Source of the DNA: Carcharhinus longimanus
Taxonomy: Eukaryota
Reading direction: 5' to 3'
Assembly: GCA_030264375.1 (NCBI GenBank)
Contig: JASCQW010000190.1
Coordinates: 43,588,337 to 43,652,336, forward strand
DNA: 64,000 bases
The notes below the pieces were generated by a model. That model did not search any database. It saw only the letters and a list, made by a program, of their open reading frames with translations, and had not been told where the DNA came from. Made by a program: the position numbers and the translations under genes. Below are positions 39,591-52,498 of this stretch, one piece after another; position 1 is the first letter of the stretch; each line of letters starts with the position of its first letter.

Positions 39591-42139
39591 TTTTTTAATA
39601 CAAGGTGACAACACAATAACGAACTTGAAAGGAAAGGGAGGTTGGAGATGGGGTAGTAACTTATAAGGACAGAGAGGAGTCATGGGTATAATGGGTTGGA
39701 TCTTGAGATAATTATTATTATCAAAGTAATAGATTTGGGCAAGAGAGGAATAGTATCTGAGGAGAGGGAACTGTTAACACGTCAACCAAAGTGAGTGCCA
39801 GGAAGAGAAGCTGGACGTTTGGTGGGAATAGAGTCAAAAGTGTCAAAGTAGCAGGAAGTGGGCCTCATGGACAAGGTGAACTCAAGAAGAGCACAACAAG
39901 AAATAGGAAGAACTCTAGAGAAAGATGAGAGATGTGAGCAATGGCAGGAAAGGAACATTAGGAGATGTTTGGTTTAGTGGGCCAGGTAAAACAAATGGCA
40001 AATGATCAGTGTCAAAAATATTCATGAGATCTTTGCACTTGTTACAATTTCAAGGCGGACGAGGCGTGGAGGTTACTTGAGAAGGCAGGTTTCCAGTGGA
40101 GGAGTGAATATTAGAAGTGACAGGTTACTAATGTCAGGAAACGGAGGTAGTTTTAAGTGATCTATTTTTGTATTTGTTGGATAGTAGAAATAAGGTATGG
40201 ATTTGAGTTTAATTTAGTGTTTGTATGTTAGAAAGAATAAAACTCTAGCTAGATTCATGTTAAACAAAGGTGTTTGCATATATAGGGGCTTTTGTGTTTT
40301 CATTTTAAGCACAAAAGAGATATATTTTAGAGCGNNNNNNNNNNNNNNNNNNNNNNNNNNNNNNNNNNNNNNNNNNNNNNNNNNNNNNNNNNNNNNNNNN
40401 NNNNNNNNNNNNNNNNNNNNNNNNNNNNNNNNNNNNNNNNNNNNNNNNNNNNNNNNNNNNNNNNNNNTCTCAGACACAATTTTATGCCACAGAGAAAAGA
40501 AATGAAGCAGAGTTCATTCAAATGCAAATAAGATGGATTTCTCAGAAAACAATAATTTGGGATATAGTATGCATGACGTGTGGTAAATGTAACAAACTCT
40601 TTGAGTCAAGTCCCAGGGGGCCACCTTCAAATTTGGGTTACGCAGAGGTTCATATCAGCCAAGGACATCCAGTTTGGTACATCAATTTGTCTCTAAGTAA
40701 CCCAATATGCCTACAAACTCCAATACTTGCTGCAACACTTTCAGTTACAAATACAGAATAAAAAAAACAGTAAAAAAACCATTGAGATCACAGACCAGAA
40801 CCCCCATTTTATGCCAAGACCCAGTTTGGGAACAATAAAGTTTTATTTAACATAGACAAAACTTTGAGATTCAATGTACTAGCTCATAGAATAAGGCCAC
40901 AAGATTCCCTGGGTACTGAACAATCAAAGATAAACTTTACAATACAAAGTCAGAAAGATGAACAATTTACAATATCTATATTTCACTCTAACATTCAAGG
41001 TTAATATGAGGTCATGTGAATTAACAGGCAAACTATGATCAAATACACCACACTGCACAATAAATTGCAGATGTGACCAAGATAAAAAAATCCATGGATT
41101 TCTTAACAACCTGACCAGATGTTAGTAAACACAGTCAACCAATCTCACCGAAACTGTCTCACTCAAAGGTTTGAAGATTTAACCTGGAAATTCTCTCCAA
41201 AACTTAGTCCACCTCTGAGGGCAGAATGACAGTCCACCCCCCAAGACTTTAATCGCGTTTCAAGATTCCATCTCTGAATTTCCTGAACTCACAACAGGTG
41301 TTCGGCTGCACCAAACAGAACACTATTACTCCAAAGGGGTACTGCAACTTTGCCCCAATAATCATTAGCCCAAAGTCACCAACCTTCTGCTGCCTACTTG
41401 GAACTTCAGGACTCCTCCCCAAGTCCTCTTCATTTAAAAATATGCTAACTACAACCTATTTCCTGCCTGAAACCTATTTCTCTGCTCCTTTCTTTTCAAC
41501 TTAATTGAGACCGCTCCTGCTCGGGACTCTTATCCAAAATGGTGCTCCATTCCCAGTCAGATGACCCAGGTTTTCAGAATTTTCCCTTTTTACATACACA
41601 GTCTCGAAAAAGCCCCAAAACAAGGGCCGACGTATATTTTTTCCATACATTCCACATGTACAATCTTTGTTTATGCACGTGTGAAAATTCCGAGGACTGT
41701 CGGGACTTGGAGTTTCTAACCCCTCCTCTCACCTTCAAGTCTGGCTTTCATAACAATACAGTTTACATTGTGTTGGCCTTGAAAAAGACTTGGGTTGATC
41801 TTGAGAAAGGTGGAATTTTGCACAGGAAAAACAGTAATCTTTCTCAGCTTAGCATGCGGTTTTCAGTGGTGCAATACAGTCCGCCATGTCTTTAATACAG
41901 TCAAACATGTTTTCAATGTTTTCGTGCTGTAGTGCAAAATTCCAGGGCACCTCTACAGTCTTTGCGCTACTGGCCAGGAAAACTGGCAGGTGAACATTGA
42001 TTGGACTCTTCAGGACCATCAGACTCCTTGACCGAAGAGTGTGCTACACCTACGATGCTATCAGATCTGTTGCACATCTTACGACAAAGTCCACCTGCAC
42101 CTCCAAATTCCATGTTTGTCACTGCCATAATTTACTTAC

Positions 42140-42712
42140 CATGAAGGAAAAGTGCCTAGTCAGTCATCAGATTATTTCACAGCACCCAGTGTTTCCTCGT
42201 TCTCATCATCTTGTTCAGCTGCACTTATTTGAACCCAGTATGGTTGACGCAGCTTGCGTTTGTGGCCTCCTTTACTATCTTCTAAAATACCTCTCTGTGC
42301 ATCCTCATTCAAGATGCGTGCATATTCATTTAAGAGGTGGACAAGACCCAGACGGTAAGATCCTCACCACTACAGAGCTGAAGACAATGTTTTGCCCAAT
42401 ATTGAATCAGCCCAGCCACCAGTTGCTGCCCACTGAACCACATGGCGCCCAGCTCTTCGACTCCCCTATCCTGAAGAATTGGGCTAGAATGTACTCTGCT
42501 CAGACTGCCTTGAACCAGGTTTCTTCGAGGTCGAGGCATGCAGCTGTTTTCATCCTCTTCCTTGCTGGAGTGATCCTGTTTGTTCCAAGATGCTCTCCTG
42601 GATTTTCAGAACAATAGTGCATCTCCCACTCTTTCACAATATCTGCGTGTCTCTTCACGTGAGTTTTCCACCTGCTCTCCAAATCAACATTTTTAACTTT
42701 CTCACAGATTTC
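42140..42712 (-). pseudogene. Decayed Tigger/pogo-type (CENP-B HTH) DNA transposase
   Basis: Frameshifted minus-strand pieces RKRMKTAACLDLEETWFKAV, PILQD...EELG, SNWWLG*FNIGQNIVF and CSGE match the Tigger HTH_Tnp_Tc5 pattern RKR.K...DLE..L..WF / PILQ.KA / ASNGWL.RFK.R.NI.F. Confidence 0.6.
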
Positions 42713-44019
42713 GGGCCCAATTTTACCAAAACTTCATGCCCAAATTGTGGCAAATTCGGGCGTTGGACCTGCNNNNNNNNNNNNNNNNNNNNNNNNNNNN
42801 NNNNNNNNNNNNNNNNNNNNNNNNNNNNNNNNNNNNNNNNNNNNNNNNNNNNNNNNNNNNNNNNNNNNNNNNNNNNNNNNNNNNNNNNNNNNNNNNNNNN
42901 NNNNNNNNNNNNNNNNNNNNNNNNNNNNNNNNNNNNNNNNNNNNNNNNNNNNNNNNNNNNNNNNNNNNNNNNNNNNNNNNNNNNNNNNNNNNNNNNNNNN
43001 NNNNNNNNNNNNNNNNNNNNNNNNNNNNNNNNNNNNNNNNNNNNNNNNNNNNNNNNNNNNNNNNNNNNNNNNNNNNNNNNNNNNNNNNNNNNNNNNNNNN
43101 NNNNNNNNNNNNNNNNNNNNNNNNNNNNNNNNNNNNNNNNNNNNNNNNNNNNNNNNNNNNNNNNNNNNNNNNNNNNNNNNNNNNNNNNNNNNNNNNNNNN
43201 NNNNNNNNNNNNNNNNNNNNNNNNNNNNNNNNNNNNNNNNNNNNNNNNNNNNNNNNNNNNNNNNNNNNNNNNNNNNNNNNNNNNNNNNNNNNNNNNNNNN
43301 NNNNNNNNNNNNNNNNNNNNNNNNNNNNNNNNNNNNNNNNNNNNNNNNNNNNNNNNNNNNNNNNNNNNNNNNNNNNNNNNNNNNNNNNCCTGCAACGTGA
43401 TCTGCATCCAAAACCGGACAGATCGCGCCTTTACCAATACCTGATTTGGGCACGGGTCTGCTCTGCGCCCCAATCAGGCAACACGTCAATTTAAATGCAT
43501 TAGCATGCATTTAAATTGACTAAATGAACCATGTGCTTAACTCTACCGCCAAACCTCACTTTACCGTCTTTGGATCCGTTTCGGATCTGCGCTGCTATCC
43601 ACCGGTAGAATAAAAATCCGAAGTGGATTCCTATTCTGCAGGGGGAACTCCAAAGTGGATTCCTATTCCGCAGGGGAATTTCCGAAGCGGATTCCTAATC
43701 TACAGGGCTGCCTCCCAGGAGGGGTCTGATCGGGAGGGCCTGCCTGCCTCCCAGGGGAATCCGATCGCTCATCCTCCCTCCCCCCTCTCTCTTCTGTTTT
43801 TGTCTTTCGTGCCCGGGCACTCTGTTTCAGTTTTTTTTTGAACTGCACACGCGCAGTTCAGAGCTCCAATCGCTCCAGCAGTGCTAAGCCCCACCCCACA
43901 GCGCGAATCGGACTGGAACCGGCAAAAAGCACATGGGCGCGCTCGAACAGGGATTTCGGGCTTGGATCCGTTTTACTTACTGATCTGGCACTTAGCCTCC
44001 GAATGGTAAAATCTGGCCC
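42713..44019. mobile_element. Non-autonomous TIR element (PIF/Harbinger-type MITE) with 3-bp TSD
   Basis: Left end GGGCCCAATTTTACCA; reverse complement of right end GGGCCAGATTTTACCA (14/16); TTC on both flanks (42710-42712, 44020-44022); N-gap inside. Confidence 0.8.
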
Positions 44020-44475
44020 TTCGTCATAGCTTCATACAATGTGCAACACTTCACGAAATCTGAGCCATTCTGATTGGCTGGTGAGGTCACATAATTCTGA
44101 TTTAGACACAACTTATCTTGCTGGTTCAAACAAGTCTATCATTGCAGAATTTTAGCTAATCATTGTTTCACACTTTTGCTACTTTGCTGGCAGGAATGGC
44201 TGATAACTTCGTCACAAGCTGAATATCTTGTCACCCAAGTTTAGTCCATTAAGATTTCACTGAGTGGCAGACTCGAGTGAATTTGGACCCATGTTTCCCA
44301 AAGCTGTCCACTGCTGGGCTTTTCATCTGAGTCTGGTGCAAATCAATTGTTGCTATTGATTGCTGTTAACTAATGACTCCATTATCACTGCAACACGTGA
44401 CCACCATAATGATAGATGGTAATATTTATATGAACAGAGACTGGATGAAACAAATTTCACCGAAGTGATGGAAGT

Positions 44476-44725
44476 ACATAAGAACATAAGAACATAAGAA
44501 ATAGGAGCAGGAGTAGGCCATCTGGCCCTTCGAGCCTGCCCCGCCATNNNNNNNNNNNNNNNNNNNNNNNNNNNNNNNNNNNNNNNNNNNNNNNNNNNNN
44601 NNNNNNNNNNNNNNNNNNNNNNNNNNNNNNNNNNNNNNNNNNNNNNNCTTTGAGTGAAGAAGTTCCTCCTCAACTCCGTTCTAAACCGCCCCCCCCTTTA
44701 TCTTGAGGCTGTGCCCCCTAGTCCA
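44476..44725 (-). mobile_element. CR1 3' end across a gap
   Basis: (ACATAAGA)n tail, AGGAGTAGGCCA, RRNFFTQ. Confidence 0.85.
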
Positions 44726-46967
44726 ACTTCTTTCTCTCAATGCTCCTAAAGCAAAACACCCCTTGCTTTTGAAAACAAACATGTTCTGCTTGCTTTGGGG
44801 GCTTTACTTCACTGAACAACAAGACAGATAAAGGAGGTCTGTTCTTCTAAACAACCTACAACAAAGTATATGGTTCCTGACTCTACACAGGCACTGACTA
44901 CTCAAAGCAATCTTGGACTGATCACAAAGGTTTCTTTCAAGAAGGAAATACTCAGTCACTTAAGAGATAACATACCCATAAATAAATAAAAGAATCAATG
45001 ACAACAAAAAATAGATGAAATTTCTTTCTAACATTGAGAATCGGTGGAATGCTATTGTGAATAATCAAGGGAAAAGAATGTTGAACTACAAAAAACATCA
45101 AAACAGTCAGTGTCTCAAGGTTTCCGACTGGATGATGGATTTAAACACCATCAAACGTGAAGCACAAATGAATATTAAAAAAGGGATTTATCTTGTGTCT
45201 TCATTAACTGAGGCTTATCCTCTATTGAAATTAAAGAAAAATCACAAATGCTGAAAATCTGAACAGAAAATGCACAATGGATCAGCAAGCATCTGAAAGA
45301 GCAAATATTCAATGTTTCAGGTGAAACCTGATAAAAGGGTCTTATTCGATTTTCTCTTTTAGATGTTGTTGAATCCCTGCATATTGCGAGCACTTTCAGT
45401 TTTTATAATAATAAATTGTAATGGGGAAGTTACCATGGATTGCGACATAAAAGTTGATTTGGCAGGCAAGCTGATTTCATTTTTATCAGCTCCAAAAAAT
45501 GTTTTTACGTATACTCAGGTATGAGTCAACCCCTCCCTTTTCAGCCATGGCATGCTATATTCACATAACTGCCCAACAAATCCATGTTTATTTACCAGTA
45601 CCTCATAATTGAGTACACAAGATCAAGCAAGTGACACAGGAGGTATTGTGAAGATGTACGGGAGTTTAAGGCACGCAACACAGAGCAAACCCCACGTTGT
45701 GACTGATAAAATGGCAACCGCCCACAGTTCACTAGAATACTTGGCAGACAAATCAACCCCCATTTTGTGAGGATTTTGAGAGGCTTCTACACCAACGTAT
45801 ATTGTAATGTTAAGTACTGCTGTACTTGGGCATCCAATAATTGCAGCTAACATTGCTTGGTCAAGTAAAGCAGTGAGATAATCTGCCCAATGCCAAAATA
45901 AAATGGCACTGTTCATTCCTCAAAGCATCCAAACAAGCAAAATTGCCACCTTTGTCAATAATTCAGAGCATTTTTGCAACATTAGTGCACATACACTTGG
46001 AGCCCGACTGAGGACAGAGGAAGGACAAACTTACACATGATCCTTACAGCAGCCATACAACGCAGCTTTGAAAGGTGTAATTCTGTGTCAGGCCCGATAC
46101 TGTCATTTCCGGTTGAAGGATATTTAACCTCAATACAAATCCAAAAGAGAGACAATAACCCCCAGCCCCCCAACACAACTGCAACAGCTCTTACACTGTG
46201 CAAAAACCATGGACGCAGACAAGCATTCCCATCTTTTTAATTATTGCAGAATTAATCATGTTTCAAAGGTGATTGAATGTAAAGTTTATCAAAATACAAA
46301 ATCTAGTCACTTGTAGAAAGAAATAATGGGAAGGAGTCAAAATTATATGTGAATAAAAAACTTCAAAGGATTAAAAGCACATGAAAGGTAAGTAACTTTA
46401 TTTATTCCTTGATTCGTTAATTCTAAACTTATATTAGAACAAAACCACAGCTAGCCTTTCATCTGTGACCTGAGTTGAAAATCAACCCAGACTGGTGGGA
46501 TAAAAGGCAAGAGCTTTTATATAGTATCCCTCAGTACTAATGCACTGAAGAAGTATCACCTTTAGAAGATAAAATGCAAATTATGTTGATGAAAGTAAGG
46601 GTAGGTCAATTAACCACCTGACCCGATCGAGTCAAAGGCAACTCTTGGTATTGACAGACAGAGAATTCTTTAACAGTTCCTAGTCTAACAATCTATCATA
46701 GTAAACATTTATATTCTGCAGCTATTCAGAGTAGCTAGTAGAGAAATCGAAATCTCCAAAGCTCCATCTCGTCAAGTTCAAAAATATTTGTTTTATTGGC
46801 AAGTATAACATGATTTGATAGTGAAACCTGTATTCAGTCTCCAAGAAATCTGAAATGAGAATAATTGTGGATCTGTGATCCCTTGGGCAAGATGACATTT
46901 TAAGATCTCAAACAAATGAAATCACTCATCATGAGTCACAGGTTATGCAGTTGCAAATACGTCTGTT

Positions 46968-47250
46968 TCATAGAATCCTACAGTGCAGGAGGCAGCCATT
47001 TGGTCCATTGAGCCTGCACCAAGCACAATCCCACCCTGGCCTTATCCCCATAACCCACGCATTTACTCTAGCTAGCCCCCCGACACGAAGGGGTAATTTC
47101 ACATGGCCAATCCACCCAACCTGCACACCTTTGGACCGTGGGAGAAAACCACGCAGACATAGGAAGAACATGAAGGCTCCACAGACAGTCACCCAGGCTG
47201 GATTGCTAGCGCTGTAAGGCAGCAGTGCTAACCACTGTGCCACCATGCTT
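46968..47250 (-). mobile_element. HE1-like V-SINE
   Basis: CATAGAATCCTACAGTGCAG...GGCAGCAGTGCTAACCACTGTGCCACC. Confidence 0.85.
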
Positions 47251-47664
47251 CCCTCACTCTTTCAATTAGGGCCAAGAGTTAACAAGCTATAGTCAGCCAG
47301 AGTGATTTCAGTGACGCCAAGTTACAATATCAGATTGACAAAAGACATCTTTATCTGACTTGCATTGCATAAAGTAGAAAAACTATTGGAGTTTTTTTTA
47401 AAAGTATAGCTTTCGGCATTAATATTTGCCTAATAGCTCCTTCCAAGTTTCCTTCATGGTTATTGGTACAAAATGTAATAATTCAACTAAAAATTACGCT
47501 GCCTTTCAAAAATAGTTCTTACTTATAATATCAAATTGGAAGGCTATCCAATGTGTTTTGGGTGTCAGTTATAAATAACAAGAAGCAAAAAACATATAAC
47601 TGAAGATAAAATTAAACAAACCCATGTTTCCTCTTCAAATGCCTCTAACACAATACTCGATCTT

Positions 47665-48153
47665 GATTCAGCATCCGGAGTATTTTGCTTTTACTTTAAA
47701 ATTATTTGGTGATGTTTCGTAAATACAGCGTGTTACATCAGTAACAAGTAAAGTTTTAAAAAATTATAGTTTTAGATATTGTTGCAATTTCTACTCCCTT
47801 TTGAGAAATAATCTTAAAAACCACAGCAAAAAGAATGGAAGCATCTGGAAGGGTTGTATCATTTAAATATACTAAAACATTCCTCTTAAGTGAATGTGTT
47901 TAAATTCATGACTTGCATTCAGCTACTCCCACCAGACTTGGAACAAATGGTACAACTCTTCCAGATGCTTCCATTCTCTTTGCTGTGGCTTTTAACATTA
48001 TTTCTCAAAAAGGAGAAGAAATTGCAACAATATCAAAAACTTAAAGTAGAAATTTTTAAAACTTCACTTGTTACTGATGTAACATGCTGTATTGGCAAAA
48101 CTTCACCAAATAGTTTCTAAAATAAAAGCAAAATACTCCGGACGCTGGAAATC
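47665..48153. repeat. ~200-bp imperfect inverted repeat with ~80-bp spacer
   Basis: Arm 47665-47864 is the reverse complement of 47945-48153 (e.g. AAGAATGGAAGCATCTGGAAG / CTTCCAGATGCTTCCATTCT; TGTTACATCAGTAACAAG / CTTGTTACTGATGTAACA). Confidence 0.92.
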
Positions 48154-48654
48154 TGAAATAATAGAAAAGAGTTTTGGCAGCATCTGTGGACAGAAACAAA
48201 GTTAACATTGAGTACATGTGACTTCTTCAGAGCTGAAGAGGGGTAGAAATTTGATGAATTATATGGGGGGTGGGGAGGGTGTGTGGAGAAGGTGGAGCAG
48301 AATAGGATATCCAGAGAGGTTTACCATAAAGAACATTTCAAACATTATGGTTTTTATAGGTTCATGCCCTAAATTACTTTGTTGATGTTATACAAATTAA
48401 AATATTAATAGGCCCTTTCTAGTCTTCAGTCTTTCAGCTAAAAGGCTGACAAATAGCAAGCCCTGCTTCGCTCAGTATGGTCATTCATGTCATCAATCAT
48501 AAAAACAATCAGGGTTGTAGACTGGAAAATTTTAGTTGTTCATTTCCAATAGAACTTGATGACAATGGGACACAAGCTGTAAGGTTGTTTAAATCAGCCT
48601 AAGTTTATAACCCCATCACAAAGTCCACCTAGTTCCACCTCTAATNNNNNNNNN

Positions 48655-48925
48655 NCTACCTGCATCGTTGTTTCACTCCATTTGTTCCTGAAACTCTTAT
48701 CCTCATCTTTGTCACTTCTGAACTCAACTACTGCAATTCCCTCTGGCCTCAATATACTTCCACTCATACAAAACTTTGCTGGCCATATCCCACTTCACAC
48801 CAAGCTCCACTCATCCAACAGTCCTGTTCTTATTGAGGTACCTTGGCTCCTGCTTCTGAAAATGTAAAATTTAAAATCATGTCCTTTTTATTTTAATCCA
48901 TTCATTACCTGAGCCTGCTATTTAT
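48655..48925 (+). mobile_element. L2 C-terminal remnant
   Basis: ETLILIFVTSELNYCNSLW...LIQNFAGHI resembles L2 'LIHAFVTSRLDYCNSLL...LIQN.AARI'. Confidence 0.55.
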
Positions 48926-49710
48926 AAACAGACATACACAGACATACTGACAAAGACAACCTTCTTCCACCAGTGTTTCAATCTCAAACTCGAGGAGGTC
49001 AGTATCAGTATGGCTCTTCTTTCCTTTCACTAACCATCCTTGTGGTCTCATTCTCATTACACTTGTCAACTTAATATCAAATTTAAAATAGTACTGGGGC
49101 CCACATTCTTAAGGAATTGATCTGAGAACAGTGTTTGCCACGGGTATTTTACAGCCAGCAGAGGGAAGAGAAGAATTTTATGGAATCAACTGGAGGTGGA
49201 TTGGATTTCATGTCCTTGGCAGGAAAGGAGAAGGTTCTAAATCACTGCCATATCCAGTCCTAATACACAGTGTATATTTCTATTAGTAGGCTTGAAAAAG
49301 ACAAAAGAAGTGTACAACTTATTTGTCTTTTTTAATCGAGATCTACACAAAAAAAGGATTGGTCAGATGAATTGCTCATTAAAAACCAAGCATTTTGAAT
49401 CCCAGTTACTCCACCAAAAGCAATCACCATATTTTTCCAGAACATTAGCTAAAATGTAGATTAATGTTTCATCAGGAGTGAGAACAGTTAGAGATGAAAT
49501 TTCTACTCAACTTTTTCCAGTTCTGATGAAAGCTCACAGGACTGATTCTCTCTCCACAGATGTTGCCTGGTCTGCTCAGTATTTCCACATTTTATTTTAG
49601 CTTTCCAGCATCCACAATATTCTGCTTTTCGAAAATTAATATTGCCATGCAAAGTCAATGGTAATGACTGCTGAATGAACAAGTAGCACACTCTGTGCAG
49701 TTTTACTTTT

Positions 49711-50020
49711 GATGTGGGTATGCCAGCGTTGGACTGGCGTAAACACAGTAAAAAGTCTGACAACACCAGGTTTTAGTCCAACCNNNNNNNNNNNNNNNNN
49801 NNNNNNNNNNNNNNNNNNNNNNNNNNNNNNNNNNNNNNNNNNNNNNNNNNNNNNNNNNNNNNNNNNNNNNNNNNNNNNNNNNNTCTCTGTAACCTGTGAT
49901 CAGTGCTCCTTCCACTCACATTGTCAGCCACTTCAGGTCTTGAACAGCAGGTTAGGTGTAGTGAGTCTATTATCAAATAAATCAGCTGGACTAAAACCTG
50001 GTGTTGTCAGGCTTTTTACA
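49711..50020. mobile_element. Young short element with internal inverted repeats (probably Penelope-associated)
   Basis: AAAAAGTCTGACAACACCAGGTTTTAGTCCA ... TGGACTAAAACCTGGTGTTGTCAGGCTTTTT; CAGTTTTACTTTTGA on both flanks; near-identical start at 55908. Confidence 0.7.
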
Positions 50021-50959
50021 GTTTTACTTTTGACAGAGTGTGTTGACATTCAGGTACAATCCATTCAAACCAAAGGGCATCCAGCAAGTATTTAATTACT
50101 GCAGCCAAACACACGCGACAGAAGCAAGAAAAAGCACAAGATGTTGGAAAGACACAGGAGGTCTGTCAAACCTGGTGTTGTCAGACTTTTTACGGACAGG
50201 TTAACACATTTGTTTGAACACTCCCTCAGTTCTATTCAAAAATGTTACCAAATTGCTGTGCATTTAGGTTCTTGTTTTAGATTTCCAGCACTTGCATTTT
50301 CAATTTTTTTAAAATTTGGTGATGGAAGATATTTCTTTAGCTATATACAGCTGAACTATGTTTCAGCTATTTGACTCTAGACATTGCCGTTTAAGTCAGT
50401 TGGTTAGAAGAACTCAAGAGAAATGTTGCCATTTACTGCTTGCACCATCTATAACCTTCCAAGTAAAAGGGAATCACAGTATGAAAGAGTATATATGTAG
50501 CATAGACTGCCAATTAACTCAGTATAAACCATTCCACATTTTACTGATGTGTCATCAGGTCCCCTGCAAAAGAATTACTTGTTTTGCAGAAATTAGGAAT
50601 GTCCAGGACAAGAAACAACCATTGTGGTCCAACTGGACAGTTCCAGGGCTCTGCATATTAAATGCTTACCCTCTTGAATTTGCTGACACAAATTTTGACT
50701 GTTGTTCCTGGCGGCCCATTCCATTTTTGATCCTGACACACATGGGCTTTTAAAAGGAAAGGCACAACTTAACCGGCATGGTCAGCAGTAATATAACCAA
50801 ATGAGCAATTCTACTACCAGTCAGTTTTTTAAAAACTCAGCGAACTAGCTACCCAGTACTTCAACATTTAAAATAGGAGCAGACCACTGCCATGCATTCC
50901 CAGTCTCCAACGGGTAGAGTTCACTTTTCAGGCAACACAGTATAATAGGAACATGCCTT

Positions 50960-51490
50960 TTTCCTTTTATTCATTCAAGGGACACAGGCTTTGCTGGCAA
51001 GGCCAGCATTCATTGCCAATCCCAAATTGCCCCTTGAGAAGGTAGTGGTGAGGTGCCTTCTTGAAGTATTACAATTCACCCACAGTATTGCTTGGGTGGG
51101 AGCTCCAGGATGTTGACCCTGTGATAATGAAGGAACAGCAAGATACAAGTCAAGATGGTAAGCAGCCTGGAGGGGAACATCCAGGTGGTGGTGTTCCCAA
51201 GCATCTGCTACCATTGTCCTGTGCATCTGTACTAGAGGCAGCAAATGTTTAAGGTGCCAATCAAGTGGACTGCTTTGTCAAGTTTCTCAGGTGTCATTAG
51301 AGCTGCAATGATTCAGGCAAGGGAAGACTATTCCATCAGCTCCTGACTTTTGTCTTGTAGATTGTGGACAGGCTTTGGGGAGTCAGAATGTGAGTTACTT
51401 GCCACAGGATTTCTGACCCCTTGTAGCAATAGTACTTATATGACCAGTCGAGTTGAGTTTCTGGTCAATGGTAACCCCCAGGACATCGAT
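50960..51490 (-). mobile_element. CR1-type LINE 3' remnant
   Basis: Reverse complement of the 26200-26450 type 3' end (CCCTTGAGAAGGTAGTGGTG...GGTGGTGGTGTTCCCAAGCATC). Confidence 0.7.
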
Positions 51491-51978
51491 ATCATTCTCC
51501 CCACCCCCACCCAACGTCAGATCTTGAGTAAAATCGAATCGGTTGGCTTAAAGTATTTGACTTAAAAAGAAGTAAAATCCAATTACTTAAAGTCTCCCTG
51601 ACAGGAATCAAAACTGCTTCTGTTCTGTGTGTAAAACAGTCAAAAGGGATCAAAGTTCACTAGAATTCTTCAAATAGCACAATATCCCAAACTTATTTAT
51701 GTGCAACTCGCCATTTTGGGTACACAGGAGTTTACTTACTTATTGCATTTGTATAATTGGTTACAAGGGTGAAGTTCTTAAATTCAGTAGGAAATTGTTA
51801 CATAAAGTAGTTAATTTACTTGAAGATATACAATGAGAAAAGAATTACACAAGAGAACCCTCAGCTTCAATCACTGTACACTACCATGTGTTTCAGATGC
51901 CCAGCAGCTGTCCTGGCTAATGGAGCTCGGAACCAAGTCTGGTTTTTTGCATTGTGTGCATTGCACTATATCTGGGGC

Positions 51979-52476
51979 TGTTGGAATAAAATCAAAATTA
52001 AAGGATACAAAATGGTCACCTGGCACAAAATGAACTCTGGGAAAAGACATTAAGATGTGCTGACTTGGGCACAGACATTGCACAACAGAGTTAAAACCTG
52101 TTAGTGTCTAAATTACTGTAGGAAATAGACCAGACTTTAAGGCACCTTAGCTTGAGATAAAGCAGAGCCAAAACAATGAGTTTTGGTAATGAAATCAGTC
52201 ATTGATGGGAGGCATAAATGTATCTATTCTATGTACAACGATGTGCTAACTGCCGATGTCCGAACTTGTCTACTCTATGTATAACTGTGTGCTAATAGCT
52301 AACGTCCGTACTTGTCCATTATTTGAAAATGTATAAAAGATGTTCAACTGCCATTTTAAAGTTGAGAAGGTGACTGCATGCACCGCAGAGAGCCCAGCGC
52401 TTCTCCCGAAGCTTTGTCCGATAAATCTGCGTGTTGAATCTTGGATCTGACTCCGAGTGGTGATTTTCCCACAACA
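51979..52476 (+). promoter_or_regulatory. 5' LTR (498 bp)
   Basis: Starts TGTTGG after GGGC, ends CCACAACA before the PBS; TATAAAA at 52332-52338; ~47-bp tandem repeat in U3. Confidence 0.92.
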
Positions 52477-52479
52477 AAA

Positions 52480-52498
52480 CGGCGTAGTCAGGCAGGAT
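52480..52498 (+). other. Primer-binding site complementary to tRNA-Ser
   Basis: CGGCGTAGTCAGGCAGGAT vs expected TGGCGTAGTCGGCAGGAT (complement of vertebrate tRNA-Ser 3' end ...ATCCTGCCGACTACGCCA): one substitution and one inserted base. Confidence 0.85.

Noticed and set aside
42590-43510. Several long ORFs (217-284 aa) in the ORF track, and similar ones at 12405-12840 and 15908-16429
   Set aside because: Almost entirely X residues from assembly N-gaps.
43621-43700. Short ~31-bp repeats as a CRISPR-like array
   Set aside because: No unique spacers, only about 2.5 tandem units, inside a eukaryotic MITE.
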